In this document: one piece after another, positions 37,736-46,646 of the stretch | How positions within the stretch are numbered: position 1 is the first letter of the stretch | Layout: each line of letters starts with the position of its first letter | DNA from: an uncultured bacterium | GTDB taxonomy: Bacteria > Margulisbacteria > WOR-1 > JAKLHX01 > JBAZKV01 | Length of the DNA: 46,646 nucleotides | Assembly: GCA_964443545.1 (NCBI GenBank) | Contig: CAYUCV010000003.1 | Location: 8,868 to 55,513, forward strand | Direction of reading: 5' to 3' | The notes under the pieces: generated by a model | The model's input: only the letters and a program-made list of their open reading frames with translations | Databases searched by the model: none | What the model was told of the DNA's origin: nothing | Made by a program: the position numbers and the translations under genes

Positions 37736-38245
37736 ATAGCAGGAAGATATTATGTGACGAACGAAAGCATCCGCGCCCGGGAGGTCAGGGTCATAGACCA
37801 TGACGGCTCGCAGGCGGGGGTGATGGGGACCCGTGAGGCCATAGATAAGGCAAGGCAAAACGGTTTTGACCTTATCCTGATATCTCCAGACGCCAATCCG
37901 CCCGTTTGCAGGATAGCCGACCTGGGCAAGATCAAGTATGAGGCCCAGAAAAAAGAAAAGCAGTCCCGTAAGACAGGGAAAGCAGGCCAGGTCAAAGAGG
38001 TCAAGATGGGGCCCAAGATAGGCGAACACGATTTTATAGTGAAAGCCGAAAGGGCTCAGGAATTCCTAAAGAAGGGCTATAAAGTCAAGGTGACGCTCCA
38101 CTTCAGGGGAAGAGAAGCTACCCATCCTGAAATAGGCAGGAACCTTTTGAGAAAGATGGCCGAGGTCGTATCTGACAGCGGCGCTCCCGAAGGCAACTAC
38201 AAGCAAGAAGGCCGAAATCTGGTGATGATGGTCTCGCCAAAATAA
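37736..38245 (+). CDS. infC: Translation initiation factor IF-3 (non-canonical ATA start)
   Basis: [43 protein letters not shown] 7 nt before an in-frame ATA at 37736. Confidence 0.95.
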   Translation: MAGRYYVTNESIRAREVRVIDHDGSQAGVMGTREAIDKARQNGFDLILISPDANPPVCRIADLGKIKYEAQKKEKQSRKTGKAGQVKEVKMGPKIGEHDFIVKAERAQEFLKKGYKVKVTLHFRGREATHPEIGRNLLRKMAEVVSDSGAPEGNYKQEGRNLVMMVSPK

Positions 38246-38264
38246 AAGGATAGAGGGAAATAAA

Positions 38265-38471
38265 ATGCCAAAGATGAAGACAAGGAAATCGGCCGCAAAA
38301 AGGTTCAGTTTTACCGGGACCGGCAAGGTACGCAGAAAAAAGGCCTACAAGAGACATCTGCTGGAGCAGAAGACCTCAAAACAAAAGGGCAGGCTTTCTA
38401 AACTGGTTCTGGTTTCTGACACCGATGTTCGCAGGGTAAGAGCGATGATCCCGGGTTATAAGCATTTATAA
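38265..38471 (+). CDS. rpmI: 50S ribosomal protein L35
   Basis: [22 protein letters not shown]. Confidence 0.97.
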   Translation: MPKMKTRKSAAKRFSFTGTGKVRRKKAYKRHLLEQKTSKQKGRLSKLVLVSDTDVRRVRAMIPGYKHL

Positions 38472-38486
38472 GAAAGGCGTCAAAAA

Positions 38487-38840
38487 ATGGTAAGGGTCAA
38501 AAGAGGCAATGTAGCAAGAAAAAAGAGGAAAAAGGTCCTTAAAAGGGCCAAGGGGTTCAGAGGATCTTTAAGAAAGATATTCAGAGCCTCAAAACAGGCG
38601 GTTTATCATGCCATGTCCTATGCCACATCCGACCGCCGCACCAAAAAAGGCGATTTTAGAAGGCTCTGGAATGTAAGGATAGGCATTGCCGCGAAAAAAG
38701 AAGGGACCTCTTACAGTGTCCTGATGGGAGCGCTGAAAAAAGCAAAAATAGCCATAAACAGAAAAATGCTAGCCGATCTTGCCGTGACGGATACCGGAGC
38801 TTTCAAAAAGATAGTAGAGGCTGCACTGGGGAAGAAATAA
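38487..38840 (+). CDS. rplT: 50S ribosomal protein L20
   Basis: MVRVKRG, AKGFRG, FRRLW, NRKMLADLA. Confidence 0.98.
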   Translation: MVRVKRGNVARKKRKKVLKRAKGFRGSLRKIFRASKQAVYHAMSYATSDRRTKKGDFRRLWNVRIGIAAKKEGTSYSVLMGALKKAKIAINRKMLADLAVTDTGAFKKIVEAALGKK

Positions 38841-38842
38841 GC

Positions 38843-39334
38843 ATGATCGAGATGGAAGTCGGCGGCCTCGGCTTTGACCCCAAGAACCTTTCCCCTCTGG
38901 TGCTGCTCAAGGACAAAGAAGAACTCAACTTTTTGCCCATCTGGATAGGAATATTTGAAGCCACCTCAATTGCGATGGAGCTGCAGCAGATAAAGGCCCC
39001 AAGGCCGATGACGCATGATCTTTTGCTTGATGTCTGCGCCCGGATGGGGGCCAAGATCAATAAGATCTCCATAAACGAGGTAAAGGACGGGACCTTTTTT
39101 GCCGTTATCGACCTGGAAGCAAAGGACGGGAAAAAGATCCTTATAGACTCCAGGCCCTCGGATGCAATAGCCCTTGCAGTGCGGTCAAAGGCCCCGATCT
39201 TTGTGGCCGAGGTCGTGATGATGCAGGCAAAACTGGTTAATGCCGAAAAAGATGCCGAAGAAACAAAAAAATTCAAGGATTTTATCGACAACATGAAGCC
39301 CGAGGATTTTACGCAGTATTATAAGAAGGATTGA
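38843..39334 (+). CDS. Bifunctional nuclease family protein (DUF151)
   Basis: LPIWIGIFEA, RPMTHDL, IDSRPSDAIALAVR. Confidence 0.93.
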   Translation: MIEMEVGGLGFDPKNLSPLVLLKDKEELNFLPIWIGIFEATSIAMELQQIKAPRPMTHDLLLDVCARMGAKINKISINEVKDGTFFAVIDLEAKDGKKILIDSRPSDAIALAVRSKAPIFVAEVVMMQAKLVNAEKDAEETKKFKDFIDNMKPEDFTQYYKKD

Positions 39335-39340
39335 TAATTC

Positions 39341-39778
39341 TTAGAACCTTTCCCATCCCGTTTTTTTGAAGGGCGCCGAATATTCCATCCTCAAAAAACA
39401 ATAATATTTGCTCTTATCTATTGAAGCCCCAATAAACCCAACAGAATAGACCCTGTTCTTGCCATGTTCCTTTATTATTTTGAACCCGCCATGGCCAAAC
39501 CGGTATATTTGGCCGGTTGAATCGGTGATCAGCCATCTTTTGTCGTATTCTGCATGGGGGATGTCTGTAAACCAGACAGGGTCTCGTATCAATTTACCCT
39601 TTGAGATCTCTATTCCGGATTCCGCAAGATAAAAACATCTGGTCCCGTTCAGCCTTTCATTGTTCATCTGTATCTGGAGGAGTCGGAGCCTGGCGCCTGC
39701 GGCAAGGCACATCATGCAGACTGAGACGATAAAAAGACATAGAAGCAGTAGCGAGCCTTTGCTGTTCAATTTCTGCAT
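39341..39778 (-). CDS. PilX/ComGG/GspK-like minor pilin
   Basis: KG-SLLLL hydrophobic N-terminus lacking E5, FYLAESGIE motif; last gene of a four-gene prepilin cluster. Confidence 0.65.
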   Translation of the reverse strand: MQKLNSKGSLLLLCLFIVSVCMMCLAAGARLRLLQIQMNNERLNGTRCFYLAESGIEISKGKLIRDPVWFTDIPHAEYDKRWLITDSTGQIYRFGHGGFKIIKEHGKNRVYSVGFIGASIDKSKYYCFLRMEYSAPFKKTGWERF

Positions 39779-40209
39779 GAGGCCTCCAGGGTTAGAATCA
39801 ATATTGATCTTTTGGGGCCGATAGTCGTGATCACATTGTTAGTGCCCGGGTATGAAAAAGACAGTTTTCCTATAGTACCGTCCGGATTAAGATATGAAAC
39901 CGCAGTGTTCTTTGTCCTTCTGACTTTATCAGCCGCAAGGTCGTAGGAGACCGAATAGGCATCAAAAAGAAGAACGAGCCTTGCGGCAGAAGAGGAAACG
40001 CTTATGCTTTTTGACGCCTTGATCTCTCCGCAAATAAGGTCAAGGGAAGACACTGCATTCATAAGGTTTTCCTGCTTTTGAAATATCCTTTTTTCATGTT
40101 TGACAGCAGAATACATGAGGCCGGCCAGGGGCAGCGTGATGATAGAGACAAGACTCAGGCTTACAATGAGCTCGATCAGGGTAAAACCTAATACCTTGAT
40201 ATGACGCAT
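39766..40209 (-). CDS. Prepilin-type N-terminal cleavage/methylation protein (PilW/GspJ-like)
   Basis: GFTLIELIVSL type III signal. Confidence 0.8.
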   Translation of the reverse strand: MRHIKVLGFTLIELIVSLSLVSIITLPLAGLMYSAVKHEKRIFQKQENLMNAVSSLDLICGEIKASKSISVSSSAARLVLLFDAYSVSYDLAADKVRRTKNTAVSYLNPDGTIGKLSFSYPGTNNVITTIGPKRSILILTLEASCRN

Positions 40210-40481
40210 TCTACTGCACGGCCTCCTTTTGACACCTCTATGACCTTGCTGTCGGGGCAGTCTTCTTTAACAGATATGTTGGGAGCGTCTTTAATGCTGT
40301 CAAAGGGGGTGTTTCTAAGGCGCTCGATACAAGACTCGATAAAAACAAGGTCCAAAATAAAAGTCTCGTTTTTTCTACGCAATGCGGGGTCGGCGGATAT
40401 AAAAACAAAGAAGGAAGCAAAAAACACCGAAATGATGCAGGCTGACAACACGACCTCTATCAAGGTAAAACCGCCCTTCAT
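40188..40481 (-). CDS. Prepilin-type protein (PilV/GspI-like)
   Basis: MKGGFTLIEVV; ATGA overlap with the upstream gene. Confidence 0.78.
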   Translation of the reverse strand: MKGGFTLIEVVLSACIISVFFASFFVFISADPALRRKNETFILDLVFIESCIERLRNTPFDSIKDAPNISVKEDCPDSKVIEVSKGGRAVECVISRY

Positions 40482-40906
40482 TCTATCCTTATCCTTCCGA
40501 CGGAAGATATGACGACTTTTGCTTTTTTCCCCGTAAAACTCTTTATTTGTACGGTCCCGATGTAGCCGGGACAGGGGAACCCGCTGCTTGAGAACCGGAA
40601 ATTGACGGGGTTTTCGACAAAAACGCTGCTGTTTATCGGCTCTGAACGCTCTTTAACAAAGCAACCGGTGTTGTTGTCTAGATAGCTGATAGTATAGGAA
40701 CTTTTTGAGCAATTCAGTTCATAAACAGCGGCCCGCTGGCAAGACCTCTGTTTAATAAGATTTAGGTCTCCAAGCAGTTGCTGCGCAAAGACCCTGACGG
40801 CAAGGCTCTCTTTTAGTGACCGTAACTGTTCTATGGAAAAGCACAATACTGTGGAGATCAAGCAGATAACCAGGATAAGTTCGATCAGCGTAAATCCTTT
40901 TTTCAT
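40478..40906 (-). CDS. Prepilin-type protein (FimT/GspH/ComGD-like)
   Basis: MKKGFTLIELILVI; C-terminal F.SSG.P..GT......VVISSVGRIRI. Confidence 0.82.
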   Translation of the reverse strand: MKKGFTLIELILVICLISTVLCFSIEQLRSLKESLAVRVFAQQLLGDLNLIKQRSCQRAAVYELNCSKSSYTISYLDNNTGCFVKERSEPINSSVFVENPVNFRFSSSGFPCPGYIGTVQIKSFTGKKAKVVISSVGRIRIE

Positions 40907-40921
40907 GGCAATAGGGGGAGT

Positions 40922-40938
40922 AGCAATTCTGGCGCCAG
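40922..40938 (-). promoter_or_regulatory. Sigma54 (-24/-12) promoter of the prepilin cluster
   Basis: CTGGCGCCAGAATTGCT matches YTGGCACGRNNNTTGCW with exact GG-N10-GC spacing, 15 nt upstream of the first prepilin ATG. Confidence 0.7.
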
Positions 40939-41041
40939 GCGGAAGGGAACCGGGGTCCGTAGACCGGGAACCGTTCCAAAAAGGTCTGCGGTTTGCGATG
41001 GGCAGTTTTCGGTGCGGTGTTTTTCAACACCCTCAACAGGG

Positions 41042-41881
41042 TCAGGCGGTGATGTTATCTATCAACCGTGTCTTCCCGATATAAGCGGCAAGGGCAATTA
41101 GAGTTCTTCCTTTGATCTTTTTGATCTTATCCAAAGTGTCTGGGTCGCGAACCTCAACATAATCTATCTTGAAAAGTTTTTCTTTCATTATCATTGCCCT
41201 GATCCTTGCAATAACTGTCCGAGGATCTCTTTCCCCCTTTTTGATCAGGCCTTTTGCCATTTTTAATGATCGGTACAAAACCGAAGCCGCTTTTATTTCT
41301 TTATCCGAAAGATAGGAGTTCCTTGAGCTCATCGCAAGGCCGTCTTTTTCTCTTACCGTAGGGGCAGTGATTATTTTGATGTCCATATTTAAATCTTGGA
41401 CCATTTTTCTTATTATTGCCTGCTGTTGAAAGTCCTTGGCGCCGAAAAAGGCGATGTCAGGCTTAACAATGTTAAAAAGTTTGGCAACAATTGTTGCGAC
41501 CCCCTTAAAGTGGTCCGGTCTTGAAACACCGCACATTGTTTTGCCAAGATCACCAACTTCAACAAAAGTCTTATATCCTTCGGGATACATGGATTTATTT
41601 GAAGGCAGAAAAATAAGGTCCACGCCTTCTTTTTTTAGAAGAGCGCTGTCTTTCTTAATATTTCGAGGGTATTTCTTAAGATCTTCTTTGGGGCCGAATT
41701 GCGTCGGATTAACAAAGACGCTGACAACAACTCTGTCGCATCGCTTTTTCGCCTGTCTTACCAGCTCAAGATGTCCGGCGTGAAGAGCCCCCATGGTGGG
41801 AACAAAGCCGATCGTTTGTTTATTTGACTTTATGCCGGCGCAGACGGCGGACATTTTTTCAGGGGAACTTACGGTCTTCAT
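41042..41881 (-). CDS. panC: Pantoate--beta-alanine ligase
   Basis: FVPTMGALHAGH, SVFVNPTQF, RPDHFKGV, FGAKDFQQ, DGLAMSSRN, RLIDN. Confidence 0.97.
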   Translation of the reverse strand: MKTVSSPEKMSAVCAGIKSNKQTIGFVPTMGALHAGHLELVRQAKKRCDRVVVSVFVNPTQFGPKEDLKKYPRNIKKDSALLKKEGVDLIFLPSNKSMYPEGYKTFVEVGDLGKTMCGVSRPDHFKGVATIVAKLFNIVKPDIAFFGAKDFQQQAIIRKMVQDLNMDIKIITAPTVREKDGLAMSSRNSYLSDKEIKAASVLYRSLKMAKGLIKKGERDPRTVIARIRAMIMKEKLFKIDYVEVRDPDTLDKIKKIKGRTLIALAAYIGKTRLIDNITA

Positions 41882-41886
41882 CTTAT

Positions 41887-44097
41887 TTATTCCTGTGTCT
41901 TATAACCGCACTTTTTGGAGCACTCTTTGGTAACGGAGCTCTTTGTGCGCTTTTCGACAAGAAAGGCGCCGCAATCGGGGCAGTTTTCCGCGATCGGCTT
42001 GTGCCAGGTAGCAAACTTGCATTTGGGGTAATTTGAACAGGCAAAAAAGGTCCTGTCTTTTCTAGTCCTTTTTTCGACGATATCACCGCCGCAGTCCTTT
42101 TCGGGGCATTTTACTCCGGTCTTGTTAAGGATGCTCACTATGTTCTTGCATTTCGGATATCCGGTACAGGCCAAAAAGCTTCCGAATCTACTCCTTTTGA
42201 CCTTCATCGGCTTGCCGCATTTTTTGCAGACCTCTTTAGATTCCGGCACTATCGCTCCTTTTGAATCAAGGTCCTTGGTGTTCTTGCATTTTGGAAAAGC
42301 GCTGCAGGCAAGAAACGAACCGTACCTGCTCTGGCGAACGACCATAGGGCTACCGCATTTTTCGCAGACTTCATCGGTCTTTTCTTCCATCTTTACTTTC
42401 GGCATTTCTTTTGCGGCTTTTTCCAGTGTTTCTTTGAATGGAGAATAAAATTCTTCCATCACGGCCACCCAGTCGATCTTTCCCTCCGCTATCTCATCCA
42501 GTTCGTCCTCCATGTGGGCGGTGAATTTTATGTCCAGCACGGTGGGGAAATGTTTAACCAGCAGACCGTTGGTTATGATGCCAAGCTCCGTGGGCTTGAG
42601 CGCCCTTCCGTCGCGTACCACATAGCCCCTGTCTATTATTGTCCCGATTATCGGGGCATAAGTGCTGGGCCGACCTATGCCTTTTTCTTCCAGTACTTTG
42701 ACCAGCGTGGCCTCGGTGTAGCGCGCGGGAGGCTGGGTAAAATGCTGTTTGGGCTCTATCCTGTCCAGAGTCAGTTTTTCCCCTTTGTTAAGCTCCGGCA
42801 GGAGGCCGGTCTTTTCCTCTTCTTCGTCCCTGCTTTCTTCATAAACCGTCAGAAAGCCGTCAAATTTAATAACGCTCCCCATGGCTCTGAACAGATAGGG
42901 CTCCGCCTTTATGTCGGCGCTTGTCTGGTCAAGTACGGCAGATTCCATCTGAGAGGCCACAAAGCGTTTCCAGATAAGGCCGTAAATTTTGAGCTGGTCC
43001 TGGCTAAGGATGTTCTTAAGCGATCCGGGATCCCTCAATACCGAGGTAGGCCGGATGGCTTCGTGGGCGTCCTGTGCGCTTTTCTTTGTTTTGTAAACCC
43101 TGGGAGCCTGGGGAAGATATTTTTCCGAATACTTTTGCGCTATGAACTTTCTTACTTCGGAAAGGGCGCTGTCGGCTATCCTTACAGAATCGGTCCTCAT
43201 ATAAGTTATCAGCCCGACATGCCCTTTGTCCTTGAGGTCCATGCCTTCGTAAAGCCTCTGTGCTATGCTCATCGTCCTTTTTGCCGGATAGCCGAACTTT
43301 CTAAAGGCTTCCTGCTGGAGAGTGCTTGTGATGAACGGAGCATAAGGATGTCTTTTCTGCTCTTTTTTTCTGACCTCTGATACCTCAAACACGGCTCCTT
43401 CCAGATCTTTCAGGACCCTGTCGGCGGCTTCCTTTGTCTCTATTTTTATCTGTGCGCCGTCCTTTGAATGTACGGCCGCCGAGAAAGGCTCAAGAGCACC
43501 ATCCTTTTTGAGGAAGGCGGTGATGCTCCAGTATTCCTGTGCGGTAAATCTCTGGATCTCCTTCTCTTTTTCAACTATCAGCCTTACCGCAACGGACTGG
43601 ACCCTTCCGGCCGACAACCCTTTTCTTACTTTTTTCCAGAGTATCGGGCTTATCTTGTATCCCACAAGCCGGTCAAGTATCCTGCGGGCCTGCTGCGCAT
43701 TGACCCTGTTCATGTCTATATGCCTGGGATTGCGCACCGCCTCAAGCACGGCCTCTTTGGTTATCTCGTGGAATTCTATTCTTTTAACTTTGATCTTGGG
43801 GTCTATGGCTCCTGCTATGTGCCAGGCTATTGCCTCTCCCTCCCTGTCCGGATCTGGCGCCAGCAGGACCAGTTTTGAGGACTTTGCGGCGGCTTTAAGG
43901 TCCTTTATGACCTTTTCTTTTCCCTTAATGGGGGCGTAAAGCGGTTTAAAGCCGTTATCAACATCAACGGCCAGGGACTTGACCGGCAGATCTATAACAT
44001 GTCCGCCGCTGGCCCTGACGCTGTAGGCGCCTCCCAAAAATTTTTCAAGCGTCTTTGCCTTGGCGGGCGATTCCACTATTATCAGATTTGCGGGCAC
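41887..44097 (-). CDS. topA: DNA topoisomerase I with three C-terminal C4 zinc ribbons and a partial fourth
   Basis: LIIVESPAKAKT, DPDREGEAI, SAGRVQS, LITYMRTDS, GIGRPSTY. GTG start at 44097 behind AAGGAGG. Confidence 0.97.
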   Translation of the reverse strand: MPANLIIVESPAKAKTLEKFLGGAYSVRASGGHVIDLPVKSLAVDVDNGFKPLYAPIKGKEKVIKDLKAAAKSSKLVLLAPDPDREGEAIAWHIAGAIDPKIKVKRIEFHEITKEAVLEAVRNPRHIDMNRVNAQQARRILDRLVGYKISPILWKKVRKGLSAGRVQSVAVRLIVEKEKEIQRFTAQEYWSITAFLKKDGALEPFSAAVHSKDGAQIKIETKEAADRVLKDLEGAVFEVSEVRKKEQKRHPYAPFITSTLQQEAFRKFGYPAKRTMSIAQRLYEGMDLKDKGHVGLITYMRTDSVRIADSALSEVRKFIAQKYSEKYLPQAPRVYKTKKSAQDAHEAIRPTSVLRDPGSLKNILSQDQLKIYGLIWKRFVASQMESAVLDQTSADIKAEPYLFRAMGSVIKFDGFLTVYEESRDEEEEKTGLLPELNKGEKLTLDRIEPKQHFTQPPARYTEATLVKVLEEKGIGRPSTYAPIIGTIIDRGYVVRDGRALKPTELGIITNGLLVKHFPTVLDIKFTAHMEDELDEIAEGKIDWVAVMEEFYSPFKETLEKAAKEMPKVKMEEKTDEVCEKCGSPMVVRQSRYGSFLACSAFPKCKNTKDLDSKGAIVPESKEVCKKCGKPMKVKRSRFGSFLACTGYPKCKNIVSILNKTGVKCPEKDCGGDIVEKRTRKDRTFFACSNYPKCKFATWHKPIAENCPDCGAFLVEKRTKSSVTKECSKKCGYKTQE

Positions 44098-44132
44098 GGT
44101 TTCCTCCTTGAGTACTGCTGCGGGCTTTTTTG

Positions 44133-44162
44133 AATATATCAGCAAAACCGGAAAGTTGTCAA
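44133..44162 (-). promoter_or_regulatory. Sigma70 promoter of topA-panC
   Basis: TTGACA-18 bp-TATATT with extended -10 TG. Confidence 0.55.
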
Positions 44163-44785
44163 CTTTTCAAAAAGGCGGTTGCCTTTTCTTCGGCAAGGGA
44201 GATCGCCTTTTCTAGAGACACGGCAGTGCCGTCATCCTTGTAGTCCATATCAACATGAACGGCCACCCTGGAAAATGGAAGCGGGATAAAATAGTTGTCC
44301 CATCTAAAAGGAACAGAGAGCTTTCTTTTTGCTGCAACGCCTACAGGAACGATCTTTTTGCCCGATCTTTTGGAAAGAAAAAATACTCCCGGCTTTATTT
44401 TGTACGCCGGGCCTTTGGGGCCGTCCACCGCCAGCATCAGGCTGTATCCTTCTTTGAGGATGCCAAGGAGCTTGATGGCGGTAAGCGATGCCTGGGATGG
44501 ATTTTCGGTGAAAGGCACCTGAACTATCCTGATGTCATAAACCTCCACGGCTTTGGTAAATATATCTCCCGGGCCTCCCTTTGCCGTCAGCACCGCTGTC
44601 TTTTTTATGGGGTTGGCCTCGAACAGGCAGAAAGAAGCCCTGTGCCAAAAAGCAAAGATCGCATTGTCGTCAAGACCGCTGTAGCCGCTTATCCTTATGT
44701 CGAGCGTTCTGGAAATGCCGGTCATGATCAGCCTAAGCAGCATGGCCGCGCAGAATTTAACGGCCGAAGAAATGGGTTTGATCAT
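44159..44785 (-). CDS. DUF374 / lysophospholipid acyltransferase-like protein
   Basis: AIFAFWH, AVDGPKGP..KIKPG, WDNYFIPLPFSR. Confidence 0.8.
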   Translation of the reverse strand: MIKPISSAVKFCAAMLLRLIMTGISRTLDIRISGYSGLDDNAIFAFWHRASFCLFEANPIKKTAVLTAKGGPGDIFTKAVEVYDIRIVQVPFTENPSQASLTAIKLLGILKEGYSLMLAVDGPKGPAYKIKPGVFFLSKRSGKKIVPVGVAAKRKLSVPFRWDNYFIPLPFSRVAVHVDMDYKDDGTAVSLEKAISLAEEKATAFLKS

Positions 44786-46491
44786 CTTTTGAACAGCGAG
44801 GCTATCGCTGAGTTCTCTATTCTTGCCGCGGACGGCCTGCCGTGCGGGCAGGTGGTCGGATCATTCAGGCAAAAAAGCTCGTTGATCAGTCCGCTCATTT
44901 CCGCGTGGCTAAGCTCGTCGCCCGCTTTGACGGCAGAGCGGCAGGCGGTAAGTTTTAGCAGCTTTTCCCTGGATTCCTGTGCACTCAAGGGCTTTGCCCG
45001 TAAAGAGAACTCTACGATAATATCCTCTATCAGCTGTTTTAGATCGGCCTTTGTCGCTTCTGAGGGAACGGCTTTTACCCTTAGGCTGTTCTTTCCGAAT
45101 TCCTCTATCTCAAACCCAAGTCCGCAGAAGAGGTCTTTGACCGACTCAAAGACCGAGAAATCTTTTGCTGATAGTTCTACCAATTCCGGAATGAGAGCGC
45201 ACTGCGAAGCGTTTGTGCCGGGCTGTCTTTTTTTGAGTTTTTCGTAAAGGATCCTCTCGTGCGCGGCATGCTGGTCCACTATTACAAGGCCGTCTTGGTC
45301 CGCGCATATAATGTATGTCCTGTCCAGCTGAAAGACCGGGCAGGGAAGTGACCTCTGAGTTTTGGAAGGCTGCATTGGATCAAAAGCAGCCACAGGCTCG
45401 GCAGCTGCCGCAACAGTTCCCATATTTTCCATCCAGACCTGCTGCATCTGGCCCGTCCATTTTTTCTCTTCCCTTTTAACAAGCGAGGGACTGGATATAA
45501 GTTCTATCGGTGAGGTGTCGATCAAAGCGTGCCTTGCTGCTTCGCTTACCTCCAAAAAGACCTGTTTGGGTTTTGAAAACTTTATCTCTTTCTTGGACGG
45601 ATGTACATTAACATCGATCTCTTCGGGATCTGCTTCAAGGAACAGGACACCCAGGGGGTGTTTGTCCCCGGGAATGAGCGAATAGTAGGCCGACTCAAGA
45701 GCTCTGGAAAGCTGAAAATTATTGACAAGCCGCTTGTTCACAAAATAGACCTGGTACTGACGGTTGCTCTTTACCGCGGACGGTTTGCTGATATATCCTT
45801 TTACATGTTTTTCATCAAATCGCACAAGGTCTTTAAGAACCGCTTCCCCCCAGACCTCGGCAATAGCTTCGTCAAGCCTGCCGCTTCCCTGTGAAGAAAA
45901 GACCGTACGGCCATTGGATATCAGAGTAAAGGAAATGTCCGGCCTCGACAGGATGAACTTTGATACGGCTTCGATGATGTGCGAGGCCTCTGTTGTGTCA
46001 GATTTCAGGAATTTAAGGCGGGCAGGGGTATTAAAGAACAGGTCTTTTGCGATGACACTGGTCCCCTTTGGACAGCCAAAGCTCTTTTCTTCAACAACAC
46101 TGCCTCCTTCTGCCAGCACCCTGCACCCCATACCCTGCAGCCCGTCATTTGTGATCAATTCCAGTCTCGATATAGATGCTATGGAGGGCAGCGCCTCACC
46201 CCTGAAACCCAGGGTGAGGATATTGAACAGGTCATCGATCTCCTTTATCTTTGAAGTGGCATGCCTTTGAAGCGACAGCAAGGCTTCTTCAAAAGACATT
46301 CCGCTTCCATTGTCCGTTACCCTTATCAGGCTCTTGCCGCCGTTGTGGATCTCTATCTCTATTCTTTTTGCCTGAGCATCTATCGAGTTTTCGACAAGCT
46401 CTTTTACCGCCGAAGCCGGCCGCTCTACCACCTCGCCGGCGGCAATTTTGGAGATAAGGTCGTCTTTTAATATGTTTATCCTGTTTTTCAT
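44782..46491 (-). CDS. mutL: DNA mismatch repair endonuclease MutL
   Basis: KIAAGEVVERPAS.VKELVENSIDA, LGFRGEAL, DVNVHPSK, endonuclease motifs DQHAAHERILYE, ACR, CPHGRP. Confidence 0.97.
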   Translation of the reverse strand: MKNRINILKDDLISKIAAGEVVERPASAVKELVENSIDAQAKRIEIEIHNGGKSLIRVTDNGSGMSFEEALLSLQRHATSKIKEIDDLFNILTLGFRGEALPSIASISRLELITNDGLQGMGCRVLAEGGSVVEEKSFGCPKGTSVIAKDLFFNTPARLKFLKSDTTEASHIIEAVSKFILSRPDISFTLISNGRTVFSSQGSGRLDEAIAEVWGEAVLKDLVRFDEKHVKGYISKPSAVKSNRQYQVYFVNKRLVNNFQLSRALESAYYSLIPGDKHPLGVLFLEADPEEIDVNVHPSKKEIKFSKPKQVFLEVSEAARHALIDTSPIELISSPSLVKREEKKWTGQMQQVWMENMGTVAAAAEPVAAFDPMQPSKTQRSLPCPVFQLDRTYIICADQDGLVIVDQHAAHERILYEKLKKRQPGTNASQCALIPELVELSAKDFSVFESVKDLFCGLGFEIEEFGKNSLRVKAVPSEATKADLKQLIEDIIVEFSLRAKPLSAQESREKLLKLTACRSAVKAGDELSHAEMSGLINELFCLNDPTTCPHGRPSAARIENSAIASLFKR

Positions 46492-46510
46492 GAAATCAGG
46501 GTTCTTTTTT

Positions 46511-46541
46511 TGTGATAGATAAGTAGATTAATTTTATCACA
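46511..46541 (-). promoter_or_regulatory. Extended -10 element of mutL within an inverted repeat
   Basis: TGTGATAAAAT (46531-46541, minus strand); TGTGATA-N17-TATCACA inverted repeat. Confidence 0.4.
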
Positions 46542-46583
46542 TATTGTAAAAACGGGTATTTTTTTGCTTTCTTGGGAGATGTT

Positions 46584-46646
46584 ATGACACAACTTTCGGG
46601 GGCTGGAATAAGGGGCGGCAGCTTAAGATTTGGTCCGGTCTGCCCT
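46584..46646 (+). CDS. Possible start of a divergent gene running off the window
   Basis: GGGAG SD then ATG ACA CAA... 21 open codons to the window end (MTQLSGAGIRGGSLRFGPVCP). Confidence 0.3.
   Translation, partial: MTQLSGAGIRGGSLRFGPVCP

Noticed and set aside
40940-41040. c-di-GMP-I riboswitch upstream of the pilin genes
   Set aside because: CGCAAA and CCGGTCTA fragments are present, but the GGCAAAC-stem-GAAA arrangement is not, and the region lies upstream of the sigma54 promoter.
44152-44166. AAAGTTG-T-CAACTTT palindrome similar to GTTGTCAAC at 37684-37692 as a shared operator
   Set aside because: Largely explained by TTGACA -35 boxes, which are nearly self-complementary in this context; two instances are not enough.
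1-46646. CRISPR array, tRNA/rRNA genes, transposases
   Set aside because: No regularly spaced repeats, cloverleaf-compatible spacers or transposase ORFs were seen; intergenic gaps are mostly under 150 nt.

Overview
Mostly housekeeping chromosome (about 50% GC by eye) of an anaerobic, probably diderm bacterium. The cyanobacteria-like ACP, SLH plus PorV-like envelope proteins and gene order suggest a non-photosynthetic relative of Cyanobacteria such as Ca. Saganbacteria/Margulisbacteria (inference only). Contents in order: (1) a signalling locus with a partial GAF-histidine kinase, a PhcB-like SAM methyltransferase and a translationally coupled 7TM-GAF histidine kinase, where the methyltransferase and only the kinase's sensor domain lie on an AT-rich patch; (2) a convergent fatty-acid operon yceD-rpmF-plsX-fabH-[acyl-CoA dehydrogenase-etfB-ferredoxin-fused etfA]-fabD-fabG-acpP-[FabX/FabK-like flavoprotein]-fabF; (3) xerC, an M15 peptidase, metK, a phosphodiester glycosidase and a short SMC with no recognisable hinge; (4) an SLH/PorV-like envelope operon with a G10 tract, ending in a Cache-HAMP kinase; (5) clpC-radA flanked by orphan genes with sigma28-like promoters; (6) dapB, M16 peptidase, nadD, proA, proB, rpmA, rplU, infC-rpmI-rplT, DUF151; (7) four prepilin-like genes behind a sigma54 promoter; (8) panC, topA, DUF374, mutL. 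No tRNA, rRNA, CRISPR array or transposase was seen. The best candidates for an undescribed system are the putative fatty-acid-methyl-ester quorum-sensing cassette with a co-exchanged synthase and sensor, and the Bcd-Etf/FabX-like module built into the fab operon. All calls come from motif recognition by eye; no searches were run.
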